A stretch of DNA of 64,000 nt from Dehalococcoidia bacterium (lineage in GTDB: Bacteria; Chloroflexota; Dehalococcoidia; UBA2979), in NCBI GenBank assembly GCA_009379925.1, contig WHSU01000014.1, forward strand, positions 18,611 to 82,610. The letters are read 5' to 3'. The position numbers and the translations under genes were made by a program. Under the pieces are notes generated by a model. That model ran no database searches. It was not told the origin of the DNA and worked only from the letters and a program-made list of their open reading frames with translations. This document shows, piece by piece, positions 45,839-55,557 of the stretch; the stretch's first letter is position 1; each line of letters opens with the position of its first letter.

Positions 45839-47062
45839 TCATCGACCCGCGATGCCCTCGAGGTGGCGCTCAGCGAGGGCGATGCGTTGCCGTGTCTCCT
45901 CTGGCCAGTCGGGCGTCTGAACGCGGAACGGACCGGTCGCCAGGCCCACGGTCACGTCGGCGATCCGGCGCTGGAGGTCCGCAGGGTCGACCTCTGACTC
46001 TGCAACGGCACGGACGCCCCGCGTGTACGCAGCGACGCGGGCGGCGCCCTCGGCCGGTAGCGACTCTCCGACCACCGCCAGGTGGGCCAGCATGGAGGCC
46101 CAGTCGCCGGCGCGAGAGCCGAGGGCGACCGTATCCACATCGAGCAGCGCACAGATGGCGCCGTCTTGCGTCAGTAGCTGGGCGGGGTGGAAGTCCCCAT
46201 GTACCGGCACCAGCTGCTGCTCCGGCGCTGGAACGGTGATCGCGTCCCTCAACGCGTCGATGCGCGAGGCGAGTTCGGGCAACAGCAGCGCGAGCATCGG
46301 GCCGTGGTCATCGACGGCGTAGCGGGCACTCGCGTGTGCCCCGTCCTGGGGGTCGGGGATGCGGTCGAGTAGCGCGCGCAACTCGTCGGGTGCCGGCAGC
46401 GCTCCCCGGCCCGAGAGGAGAGAGGCGCGCAGGGTCTCACCGGGCATGCCCTCCAGCAGCACCAGGCCATGCGGCGCCGACCAGCCGTGGCTGCGGGGAA
46501 CCGGCAGCTGCTCCTGCATGATGCGATGCCGGCGCTGGAGGTCCGCGACGCGGTCCGGCCGCACGACCTTGGCGAACAGCCGTCCGCCACCGACGCCGAC
46601 CTCGACGACCGCGCGGCTGAGCGGGCGGTACGCGCGGAACTGGAGCCCAATGCGGCCCGGGGGCACGTCCACCGAGTCGAGCATCCGTCGTGCGGAACGC
46701 TCGTCGAGCATGCCTCGGAGCCCGGGGAGCGCCGGGTCGTCCGCGAGCCGCCAGACCGCGACGCGCGCCTCGCCGCTCTCCACGACCGTGGCGCCGCTGG
46801 GGATCGAGGTGCCAGTCCAGGCCACCAACGACTCGTTGCGCAGGCGGCGGCTGCCAGCGCGCCGGACGCGCGCCTCGTAGCGCACGCCCAGCGAGCGGCC
46901 AGGACGCCAGGTGACCTGCGCCGGGCGCGCCGCGGCGACCTGCATCGAAGCCGGCGCCAGGGCGGCCGCCAGCACCTCGACCGCGTTGTCGCCGAGCAGG
47001 ACCTCGAACGCCGTCAGGTGGGGGTCGCGGAGTTGCCGGAGGCGCTCCAGTGCTTCGTGCAT
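45839..47062 (-). CDS. phosphotransferase (APH-like kinase) family protein
   Basis: LVPVHGDFHPAQLLTQDGAICALLDVDTVALGSRAGDWASMLAHL is the Brenner/APH catalytic loop (HGDxHxxQ ... D.D). Confidence 0.75.
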   Translation of the reverse strand: MHEALERLRQLRDPHLTAFEVLLGDNAVEVLAAALAPASMQVAAARPAQVTWRPGRSLGVRYEARVRRAGSRRLRNESLVAWTGTSIPSGATVVESGEARVAVWRLADDPALPGLRGMLDERSARRMLDSVDVPPGRIGLQFRAYRPLSRAVVEVGVGGGRLFAKVVRPDRVADLQRRHRIMQEQLPVPRSHGWSAPHGLVLLEGMPGETLRASLLSGRGALPAPDELRALLDRIPDPQDGAHASARYAVDDHGPMLALLLPELASRIDALRDAITVPAPEQQLVPVHGDFHPAQLLTQDGAICALLDVDTVALGSRAGDWASMLAHLAVVGESLPAEGAARVAAYTRGVRAVAESEVDPADLQRRIADVTVGLATGPFRVQTPDWPEETRQRIALAERHLEGIAGR

Positions 47063-47144
47063 GCCTCAAGCATGGCGCGCGGCGATGAGCCGCGGGTGAG
47101 AGCAGGATGAGAAGCGTCTTAGAATCGGCCGGCCGACGGCGGAC

Positions 47145-47220
47145 TGGAGCGGGGGACGGGTCTCGAACCCGCGACCTTCTGCTTGGAAGGCAGACGCTCT
47201 ACCAACTGAGCTACCCCCGC
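47145..47220 (-). tRNA. tRNA-Gly (anticodon TCC), CCA encoded
   Basis: Hand-folded: GCGGGGG TA GCTC AGTTGGTA GAGC G TCTGC CTTCCAA GCAGA AGGTC GCGGG TTCGAGA CCCGT CCCCCGC T CCA. Confidence 0.85.
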
Positions 47221-47312
47221 CTGTGTCGCGGTTCGCCTCCGGCGCCGGGGTTCACGATAGCCGACGAGGGCAGCGCCCTCAACGGCGCTGCGTGGTGCAC
47301 CTCGGCCGCGGG

Positions 47313-47762
47313 TCAGTCATCGAGGGCGGGGACCTGGAGGATGCGGGCGCCAGGGCCCTGCTCGGCGATGCGGTCGCCGGGGTTGAGCAGGGAGCACTGG
47401 GTCAGCGACAGGCAGCCGCAGCCGATGCAACCTGTGAGGTTGTCGCGGAGCCGCTCGAGTTCGTCGATGCGTCGGTCTAGCTTCCGCCGCCACCCGCTCG
47501 ACAGCCGTTCCCAGTCGCGGGCGGTGGGCGTGCGGCCAGCGGGGAGGGCATCGAGGGCTGCGCGGATCTCGTCGAGCGAGAGCCCGACCGCCTGCGCGGC
47601 GCGGATGACGGCCACCCGTCGCAGCGTCGCGCGCTCGAAGCGGCGCTGGCCGCCCTCGGAACGCCGCGACGTGAGCAGGCCGGAGCTCTCGTAGAAGCGC
47701 AGCGCGGAAGCGGCGACCCCGCTTCGTCGGGCCAGTTCTCCCACCGTCAATTCATCCGACAT
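47313..47762 (-). CDS. soxR: MerR-family redox-sensing regulator SoxR
   Basis: N-terminal LTVGELARRSGVAASALRFYE is the HTH. The C-terminal [2Fe-2S] motif is CIGCGCLSLTQCSLLNPGD. Confidence 0.85.
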   Translation of the reverse strand: MSDELTVGELARRSGVAASALRFYESSGLLTSRRSEGGQRRFERATLRRVAVIRAAQAVGLSLDEIRAALDALPAGRTPTARDWERLSSGWRRKLDRRIDELERLRDNLTGCIGCGCLSLTQCSLLNPGDRIAEQGPGARILQVPALDD

Positions 47763-47793
47763 GGGCGCCCCCTCCTTCCGACAGGCTGCGTGG

Positions 47794-47824
47794 TTGACTT
47801 CAAGTTCCCTTGAAGTTCTATCGT
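47794..47824 (+). promoter_or_regulatory. SoxR-type promoter with a 19-bp spacer and SoxR-box dyad
   Basis: TTGACT (47794-47799). Dyad ACTTCAAG ttcc CTTGAAGT (47797-47816). TATCGT (47819-47824) lies 19 bp after the -35. It closely resembles the soxS-type CCTCAAGTTAACTTGAGG box. Confidence 0.65.
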
Positions 47825-47830
47825 CCCCTC

Positions 47831-48607
47831 ATGACGAAGCAATGGCAAGTGAGCGACCAGAGAGAGGGGGCGGCGGTGGACCTGGAAGGTCAGGTCGCGG
47901 TCATCACGGGGGGCTCGCGTGGCCTCGGACTGGAGGTCGCGCGGGCGTTCGCCGCGCGGGGGGCGAGGCTGGTGCTGGCGGCGCGCGGCCACGAGGCGCT
48001 GGACGCGGCCGCGCGTGAGTTGGCGGCCGCGACGGAGGTGGAGGCGCTGGCGGTCGACGTCGCGGAGGACGCGGAGCGTGTCGTGGAGGCCGCCATACGG
48101 CGGTTCGGGCGCGTCGATGTGCTGGTCAACAACGCCTCCGAGCTGGGGCCGAGCCCGATGCCGCCGCTGGCGGAGTACCCGTGGCGCGACCTGGAGCGGG
48201 TGCTGCGCGTGAACGTGCTGGCGCCGCTGCATTTGACGCAGCTGGTGCTGCCGGGCATGCGGGCGCGCCGGTCGGGCGTTGTCATCAACGTCAGTTCGGA
48301 TGCGGGCGTGGAGGCGTACGCCGGCTGGGGTGGGTACGGCGCGAGCAAGGCGGCGCTGGAGCACCTGTCGCGCACCCTCGGTGCGGAGCTGGAGGGGACG
48401 GGGGTCCGCGTGTACGTGGTGGACCCCGGCGACATGGACACCGAGATGCACCGGCTGGCAGAGCCCGGCGTTGACCTCTCGCATCTGCCCGGTCCCGAGG
48501 AGTCGGCGCCCGCCTTCGTCTGGTTGGTCGAGCGAGAGACCGCGCCGTTTGGGCGGGTGCAGGCGCAGGCGCTCCTGGAGAGCCGGGCGAGGGGAGCGCA
48601 GGGATGA
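47831..48607 (+). CDS. SDR family oxidoreductase
   Basis: VAVITGGSRGLGLEVA (TGxxxGxG), NNAS, YGASKAALEHL (YxxxK). Confidence 0.85.
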   Translation: MTKQWQVSDQREGAAVDLEGQVAVITGGSRGLGLEVARAFAARGARLVLAARGHEALDAAARELAAATEVEALAVDVAEDAERVVEAAIRRFGRVDVLVNNASELGPSPMPPLAEYPWRDLERVLRVNVLAPLHLTQLVLPGMRARRSGVVINVSSDAGVEAYAGWGGYGASKAALEHLSRTLGAELEGTGVRVYVVDPGDMDTEMHRLAEPGVDLSHLPGPEESAPAFVWLVERETAPFGRVQAQALLESRARGAQG

Positions 48608-49650
48608 TCGCGGAGACGGAGCGGCCTTCGGTGGTGGATGCAGACGCGGCCACGCTCGACTTCGTACTCCCTCCGGAACTGGAGGCGCACGAGCCACCGG
48701 AAGCGCGAGGGCTGGCACGCGACGAGGTGCGGCTGCTGGTGAGCTACCGCGGCAACGACCGTGTGGTGCACTCCACGTTCCTCGACCTGCCGTGGTTCCT
48801 CGACGCGGGCGACCTGCTCATCGTGAACGATTCGGCCACGCTGCCGGCGGCGCTGAGCGCGACGCTGGAGGACGGACGCGAGGTCGCGCTCCACCTGTCG
48901 ACGCAGCGGGGGCCGCACACCTGGATCGTCGAGCCGCGCCACGCGTCGCTCGCCGCCGGAGCGATGCTGCGGCTTCAAGACGGAGGCGTCGCGCGCCTCA
49001 TCCGGCCGCATCGAGGGTCGGGCCGGCTATGGGTGGCCGAGCTGACTCTGCCGTCCCCGCCACACGCCTACCTTCGCCGCTGGGGCCGCCCGATCGCCTA
49101 CTCCTACGTCGGTTCCACATGGCCGATCTCGGCGTACCAGACCGTGTACTCCTCGCGGCCAGGGTCGGCGGAGATGCCGTCCGCCGGCCGCCCGTTCAGC
49201 GGACGGGTGCTCGACGCGCTGGCGGAGCGCGGGGTGGCGGTCGAGCCGGTCAGTCTGCACACGGGCGTGGCCAGCCTCGAGGCAGACGAGCCGCCCTACG
49301 AAGAGTGGTTCGAGGTCCCACGGCGGACGGCCCGCGCCATTCGCGCGGCGAGGGCGCGCGGCGCGCGGGTCGTAGCGGTCGGGACGACGGTGGTCCGTGC
49401 GCTGGAGTCCTCCCTCGACGCCTCGGGTGAGGTGCGAGCGACCTCTGGGTGGACCGACCTGGTGATCACGCCGGAGCGCGGCATCCGGTCGGTCGATGCG
49501 CTGCTGACCGGGTTTCACGAGCCTCGGGCGAGTCACCTGCAGATGCTCGCGGCCATCGCCGGCCCCTCGCATCTGTCGGTCGCGTACGCCCAGGCGCTGG
49601 ATCGGGGGTATCTGTGGCACGAGTTCGGGGACATGCATCTCATCCTGTAG
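48604..49650 (+). CDS. QueA-family S-adenosylmethionine:tRNA ribosyltransferase-isomerase-like protein
   Basis: The ATGA overlaps the SDR stop. GDLLIVNDSATLPA, YQTVYSSRPGSAEMPSAGRPFS, VVAVGTTVVRALES, LLTGFHEPRASHLQMLAA, EFGDMHLIL. Confidence 0.8.
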   Translation: MIAETERPSVVDADAATLDFVLPPELEAHEPPEARGLARDEVRLLVSYRGNDRVVHSTFLDLPWFLDAGDLLIVNDSATLPAALSATLEDGREVALHLSTQRGPHTWIVEPRHASLAAGAMLRLQDGGVARLIRPHRGSGRLWVAELTLPSPPHAYLRRWGRPIAYSYVGSTWPISAYQTVYSSRPGSAEMPSAGRPFSGRVLDALAERGVAVEPVSLHTGVASLEADEPPYEEWFEVPRRTARAIRAARARGARVVAVGTTVVRALESSLDASGEVRATSGWTDLVITPERGIRSVDALLTGFHEPRASHLQMLAAIAGPSHLSVAYAQALDRGYLWHEFGDMHLIL

Positions 49651-49664
49651 GCGGCGGGACGCAC

Positions 49665-49692
49665 TTGACAGCCCTTGTTGCGTGTATACACA
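49665..49692 (+). promoter_or_regulatory. candidate marR promoter with palindromic operator
   Basis: TTGACA (49665-49670) followed by the perfect palindrome GTGTATACAC (49682-49691), 10 nt before the ATG. Confidence 0.45.
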
Positions 49693-49701
49693 CTGACCAG
49701 C

Positions 49702-50088
49702 ATGACCACCGCGATCGACCTCGCCGCCACCCGGAACTGCCACTGCCTGGCCGCCCGTCGGACCGCGCGGGCGATCACACGGCTGTTCGACGAGTGGCTG
49801 CGGCCGCACGGTCTGCGCTCGACGCAGTTCTCGGTGCTGGCGGCACTGTCCCTGAAGGGGCCGACGCCGATCAGCGGACTGGCGGAAGCGCTGGGCCTGG
49901 AGCGCACCACGCTGACGCGGAGCGCGGCGCTTCTGGAGCGGAACGGCTGGATCGCGGCGGCGCCCTCCGAGGATGCCCGGGAGCGCCGGCTGAGCCTGAC
50001 GGAAAGCGGCCTGCACACGCTCGAGGCCGCCTTCCCGTCCTGGGAAGCGGCGCAGAGGCTTGTCGAAGCTGGTGAGGTGAGCCCGTAG
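49702..50088 (+). CDS. MarR family transcriptional regulator
   Basis: LRSTQFSVLAALSLKGPTPISGLAEALGLERTTLTRSAALLERNGWI...DARERRLSLTESG. Confidence 0.85.
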   Translation: MTTAIDLAATRNCHCLAARRTARAITRLFDEWLRPHGLRSTQFSVLAALSLKGPTPISGLAEALGLERTTLTRSAALLERNGWIAAAPSEDARERRLSLTESGLHTLEAAFPSWEAAQRLVEAGEVSP

Positions 50089-50220
50089 CCCAATCCTCCT
50101 CCACGTATCGGACGGCTCGCTCACCGCGCCGGCGGCCCTTCCTCCACCTACCAACCCTGAGAACACATCGCATGACAGCCTGCTTCGGGCCTCCCAGGGC
50201 TCGTTGGACCGGAGGGACCC

Positions 50221-51192
50221 TTGAAGTCGAACCTCGCGATTGAAACGTCGGGATTGGTCAAAGCCTTCGGTAGCACCCGTGCGGTCGACGGCATCGACCT
50301 GGCCGTGCCCGGCGGTGGCGTGTACGGATTCCTGGGACCGAACGGCGCGGGCAAGACGACGGCGATCCGCATGCTCGCCACGCTCCTCAAGCCCGACGCG
50401 GGCTCCGCGCTGGTGCTCGGCCACGACATCGTCCGCGAGGCTGACGCCGTGCGGGCCCGGGTGAGCCTGACCGGCCAGTTCGCCTCGGTGGACGACGACC
50501 TCACCGGTGCGGAGAACCTAGTGCTGCTCGGGCGACTGCTCGGGTACTCGAGCGCCAGGGCCAGGGCGCGAGCCGGCGACCTGCTGGACGCCTTCGGTCT
50601 GTCCGATGCCGGCGGGCGGCTGGTGAAGACGTACTCTGGTGGCATGCGGCGTCGCATCGACATCGCCGCGAGCATCGTTGTCACTCCTGACCTGATCTTC
50701 CTCGACGAGCCGACCACAGGGCTCGACCCGCGGGCGCGCAACCAGGTCTGGGACATCGTGCGCGCGCTCGTCTCCGAGGGCACCACGGTGCTCCTCACCA
50801 CGCAGTACCTGGACGAGGCGGACCAACTTGCCGGCCGCATCGCCGTGATCGACCACGGGAAGGTGATCGCGGAGGGCACGCCGGGCGAGTTGAAGGCCTC
50901 GGTCGGCTCGGGCGCGCTCCACGTGCGAGTGCGCGACCCAGAGCAGCGGCTCGACGCTCAGCACCTGCTCTCGCAGGCCCTCGAGGTGCCGGTGGACCTC
51001 GAGTCCGACCCGGCGGCGCTCTCGTCGCGGGTCTCCGACCCGGAACGGGTGGCCCACGCGCTCTCGGAACTCGGGCGGTCGGGGATCGCCGTGACGAACT
51101 TCGCGCTCGGTCAACCGAGCCTGGACGAGGTGTTCCTCGCACTCACCGGCCGTCCGGCCGAGGACGTTACCGCCGAGGAGGTGACCGCATGA
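50221..51192 (+). CDS. ABC transporter ATP-binding protein (DrrA-like)
   Basis: [12 protein letters not shown] (Walker A), YSGGMRRR (signature), [12 protein letters not shown] (Walker B). TTG start with GGAGGGA upstream. Confidence 0.9.
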   Translation: MKSNLAIETSGLVKAFGSTRAVDGIDLAVPGGGVYGFLGPNGAGKTTAIRMLATLLKPDAGSALVLGHDIVREADAVRARVSLTGQFASVDDDLTGAENLVLLGRLLGYSSARARARAGDLLDAFGLSDAGGRLVKTYSGGMRRRIDIAASIVVTPDLIFLDEPTTGLDPRARNQVWDIVRALVSEGTTVLLTTQYLDEADQLAGRIAVIDHGKVIAEGTPGELKASVGSGALHVRVRDPEQRLDAQHLLSQALEVPVDLESDPAALSSRVSDPERVAHALSELGRSGIAVTNFALGQPSLDEVFLALTGRPAEDVTAEEVTA

Positions 51193-52055
51193 CGACGACA
51201 GAAGCGACGGCAGCAACGGCGCCGCCCCCAGTGACAGCGGCGCCCGCCGAACTCGATGCGGTGCGCGCGGCCCTCGCCTCGGGCGTGCGCCCGCCGCGGC
51301 CCAGTCCCTTCTCGACATCGATGACGTTCGGCTGGCGAGCGTTGCTGAAGATCAAGCACGTGCCGGAGCAGCTGTTCGACGTGACCATGTTCCCGGTCAT
51401 GTTCGTGCTGATGTTTACGTACCTGTTCGGCGGTGCGCTGGCCGGCTCGACGACCGAGTACCTGCAGTTCCTGCTGCCGGGCATCCTGGTGCAGACCGTG
51501 GTGATGATCACGATGTACACGGGACACACGCTGAACAAGGAGGTCCAGAAGGGCGTCTTCGACCGGATCCGCTCGCTGCCCATCTGGCAACCGACGGTGC
51601 TGATCGGAGCGCTGCTGGGGGACGCGGCGCGCTACACGATGGCGTCGGCGGTCATCGTCACGCTGGGGCTCGTGCTCGGCTTCCGTCCGGAGGGCGGCCT
51701 GTTGGGCGTGGTGCTGGGCGTGGCCCTGGTGTTGGTGTTCTCGTTCAGCCTGTCCTGGATCTGGACCACGCTGGGCCTGATCATGCGCACGCCTGAGTCC
51801 CTGATGGCCGTCAGCATGATGATCCTGTTCCCGCTGACGTTCATCAGCAACATCTTCGTCGACCCTCAGACCATGCCGTCCTGGCTGCGGACCGTCGTCG
51901 AGGTGAACCCGATCAGCCACCTCGCGGCGGCGGTACGGGGACTGATGGCGGGCGACGCCGCGGCCTCGGAGGTCACGTGGGTCCTGGTGGCGAGCGCGGT
52001 GCTGGTCATCGTGTTCGCGCCGGTGACGATGTACGTCTACCGTAACAAGAACTAG
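51189..52055 (+). CDS. ABC-2 type transporter permease (DrrB-like)
   Basis: 288 aa with six TM segments. It overlaps the ATPase stop (ATGA). Confidence 0.8.
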   Translation: MTTTEATAATAPPPVTAAPAELDAVRAALASGVRPPRPSPFSTSMTFGWRALLKIKHVPEQLFDVTMFPVMFVLMFTYLFGGALAGSTTEYLQFLLPGILVQTVVMITMYTGHTLNKEVQKGVFDRIRSLPIWQPTVLIGALLGDAARYTMASAVIVTLGLVLGFRPEGGLLGVVLGVALVLVFSFSLSWIWTTLGLIMRTPESLMAVSMMILFPLTFISNIFVDPQTMPSWLRTVVEVNPISHLAAAVRGLMAGDAAASEVTWVLVASAVLVIVFAPVTMYVYRNKN

Positions 52056-52139
52056 GATGGGCCAGCTTTCCCGCCTGCCGCCTCGCGACGTGGCGGGCGG
52101 GCGACTCCACCCAACCCGCGACACAGAGAGGTCCGCCTC

Positions 52140-52505
52140 ATGATCAGGAAATTCGCCGGCGTTTCCCTCTGGAGCGAGGACCTGAACAACCTGCTGCCGT
52201 TCTACCGGGACACCGTGGGCCTCAAGGTCGCCGAGGAGACGCCGGAGTTCGTCGTGCTGGGCGACGACGCGGAAGCGCCCACCCTCAGCCTGGGCACCCA
52301 CAGCGAGGTGACCGGGAGGTCAGCCGACCCGTACCGCCACATGGTGGGACTGGAGAGCGACGACCTGGACGGTGACTACCGGCGCTTACACGAGGCCGGC
52401 GTGGAGTTCATCGAAGCCCCGACGGAGTACGGCGAGGGCTTCCGCATTGCCACTCTGAAGGATCCGGAGGGCAACCTGGTCCAGCTCTTCCAGATTGGCA
52501 GCTGA
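52140..52505 (+). CDS. VOC/glyoxalase family protein
   Basis: 121 aa. GVSLWSEDLNNLLPFYRDTVGL...FRIATLKDPEGNLVQLFQ. Confidence 0.8.
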   Translation: MIRKFAGVSLWSEDLNNLLPFYRDTVGLKVAEETPEFVVLGDDAEAPTLSLGTHSEVTGRSADPYRHMVGLESDDLDGDYRRLHEAGVEFIEAPTEYGEGFRIATLKDPEGNLVQLFQIGS

Positions 52506-52577
52506 TCGACACGCCCCCCGTGCGCAGGAGCGTGTGCCATCCGGTGTCGCAACCCGTGCTAGCACCTCACGGTGTCC

Positions 52578-52633
52578 GTATAACGGTCGCGTAACAGAGT
52601 CATAACAGCACGGTGCGTAATCGTAACGATTCC
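52578..52633. promoter_or_regulatory. helically phased RTAACRG direct repeats plus a 13-bp palindrome
   Basis: TAAC cores at 52581, 52592, 52603 and 52624 (spacing 11, 11, 21 bp): TATAACGG, CGTAACAG, CATAACAG, CGTAACGA. The last lies inside the perfect palindrome AATCGTaACGATT (52619-52631). The tract is lower-GC and non-coding. Confidence 0.45.
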
Positions 52634-52793
52634 CTCCCGCGCAACCTTTCAACGCCACCATACAAACGCGCTGTGACGTTGCATCTTCCTAACAGCTAGG
52701 TTCGCCCTGTTTGAAATGAACCGATCCGCCTCATAGGATGCGCCGGTTCATGAGCCACGGCTTACGGCCCCCACCTGGTATTGGAAGCCGTCC

Positions 52794-53078
52794 ATGATGT
52801 CAGGGCACCCAGTCGCTTGGTGCGACGAACCGACTGCGCATCTTGCCCTAACTGCCCGTCAACAGGCTGTGGCCTGCCACCTGATCCAGGGGCTCCCGGT
52901 CCGTGAGATCGCGGACCGACTGACGATGGCTACGGGTACCGCTCGGATGCACATAAAACACTTGCATGCTCGGACGGGGACCCGCACGCTGCATGCCCTG
53001 GCCCTGTGGTGCTGGTCGCATCGTGAGTGTTGCATCCACTGTGAGGGCGCCACGGAGCTTCACCGGTCTGACATTTGA
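52794..53078 (+). CDS. LuxR/GerE-type HTH protein (solo DNA-binding domain, 94 aa)
   Basis: LTARQQAVACHLIQGLPVREIADRLTMATGTARMHIKHLHARTG. Confidence 0.7.
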   Translation: MMSGHPVAWCDEPTAHLALTARQQAVACHLIQGLPVREIADRLTMATGTARMHIKHLHARTGTRTLHALALWCWSHRECCIHCEGATELHRSDI

Positions 53079-53114
53079 CTGAAGTATCCCCAACTGTGGA
53101 GTAGCGCTGCCTGA

Positions 53115-54497
<1,383 letters not shown>

Positions 54498-54532
54498 GGA
54501 CCGCGCCGGTGCGCGGAGCAAGGAGTGAAATC

Positions 54533-55420
54533 ATGGGTGCACAGCTAACGAGACGCTTCGCGCTTCCCGCGGTGCTGCTAGCCATCGCCGCGCTGCTGGG
54601 CAGCCTGATGCTGCCCGGCTACGCGGCGGCACAGGAGGCCGAGGTCCTCTGTCACGGGCTGCCGGCGACCATCATCGGGACCGCCGAGGGCGAAGCCCTC
54701 GAGGGGACGGAGGGCGACGACATCATCCACGGCCTGGGTGGCGAGGACGTCATCAACGGCCTGGGTGGCAACGACATCCTCTGTGGCGGAGACGGTGACG
54801 ACACGGTCAGCGGCGGTGATGGCAACGACATCGCCAACGGCGGTGCCGGCGTGGACGAGGTCAACGGCGATGCCGGGGCCGACATGGTCATCGGCGAAGA
54901 CGGCGGCGACAGCCTGTCTGGTGGTGACGACAGCGACCGCGTGAACGGCGGCCCGGGCGACGACACTGCCAGTGGCGACGGCGGCTCCGACATCGTGAAC
55001 GGCGACATCGGGGACGACACGCTGACCGGCGACGAGGGCAACGATGTCCTCAACGGCGGCGACGGCGACGACGCGCTCGATAGCGGCGAGGGCCAGGACC
55101 GGCTGAACGGCAGCATCGGCGACGACGAGCTGAATGGCGCCGGCGGCCACGACGTGCTGAACGGTGGTGAAGGCAACGACGAGCTGCTCGGCGGTGAGGG
55201 CACGGACATGCTCAACGGCTCCACCGGCGACGATTACGTCGTCGGCGGCCTGGGCCAGGACGTTGCCAACGGTGGCGATGGTGATGACCACCTGGTCGGC
55301 GAGGACAACACGGACATCCTCAATGGCTCGGTGGGTGACGACCTCCTGAACGGCGGCGCCGGAACGGATGTCTGCAACGGCGGCGATGGCGAAAACGCCG
55401 AGATCGCCTGCGAGGTCTAA
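54533..55420 (+). CDS. secreted calcium-binding beta-roll protein (RTX-type nonapeptide repeats) with Sec signal peptide
   Basis: AAGGAG lies 6 nt before the ATG. The signal peptide is MGAQLTRRFALPAVLLAIAALLGSLMLPGYAAA. About 25 back-to-back GGxGxDxxx units follow (aa 58-282, nt 54704-55378). Confidence 0.85.
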   Translation: MGAQLTRRFALPAVLLAIAALLGSLMLPGYAAAQEAEVLCHGLPATIIGTAEGEALEGTEGDDIIHGLGGEDVINGLGGNDILCGGDGDDTVSGGDGNDIANGGAGVDEVNGDAGADMVIGEDGGDSLSGGDDSDRVNGGPGDDTASGDGGSDIVNGDIGDDTLTGDEGNDVLNGGDGDDALDSGEGQDRLNGSIGDDELNGAGGHDVLNGGEGNDELLGGEGTDMLNGSTGDDYVVGGLGQDVANGGDGDDHLVGEDNTDILNGSVGDDLLNGGAGTDVCNGGDGENAEIACEV

Positions 55421-55463
55421 CGGGCGCCGGACATTCGACCCGCCCCGCGCCCGGTCGACATGG

Positions 55464-55500
55464 ATCGGGACACGAAAGAGGCAGGGCGCCCTAGGCCCTG
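55464..55500 (+). terminator. intrinsic terminator hairpin
   Basis: CGAAAGAGGCAGGGC gccctag GCCCTGCCTCTTTCG, a 15-bp perfect stem, followed by tctgtc. Confidence 0.75.
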
Positions 55501-55557
55501 CCTCTTTCGTCTGTCGCGCATCCCGCGGTCCGCCGCGGCCAGTGAAGGCGCCGACCC

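Noticed and set aside
54704-55378. Regular 27-bp DNA periodicity that could look like a repeat array or CRISPR
   Set aside because: It is the coding periodicity of RTX nonapeptides inside one ORF. There are no spacers and the repeats are degenerate at the DNA level.
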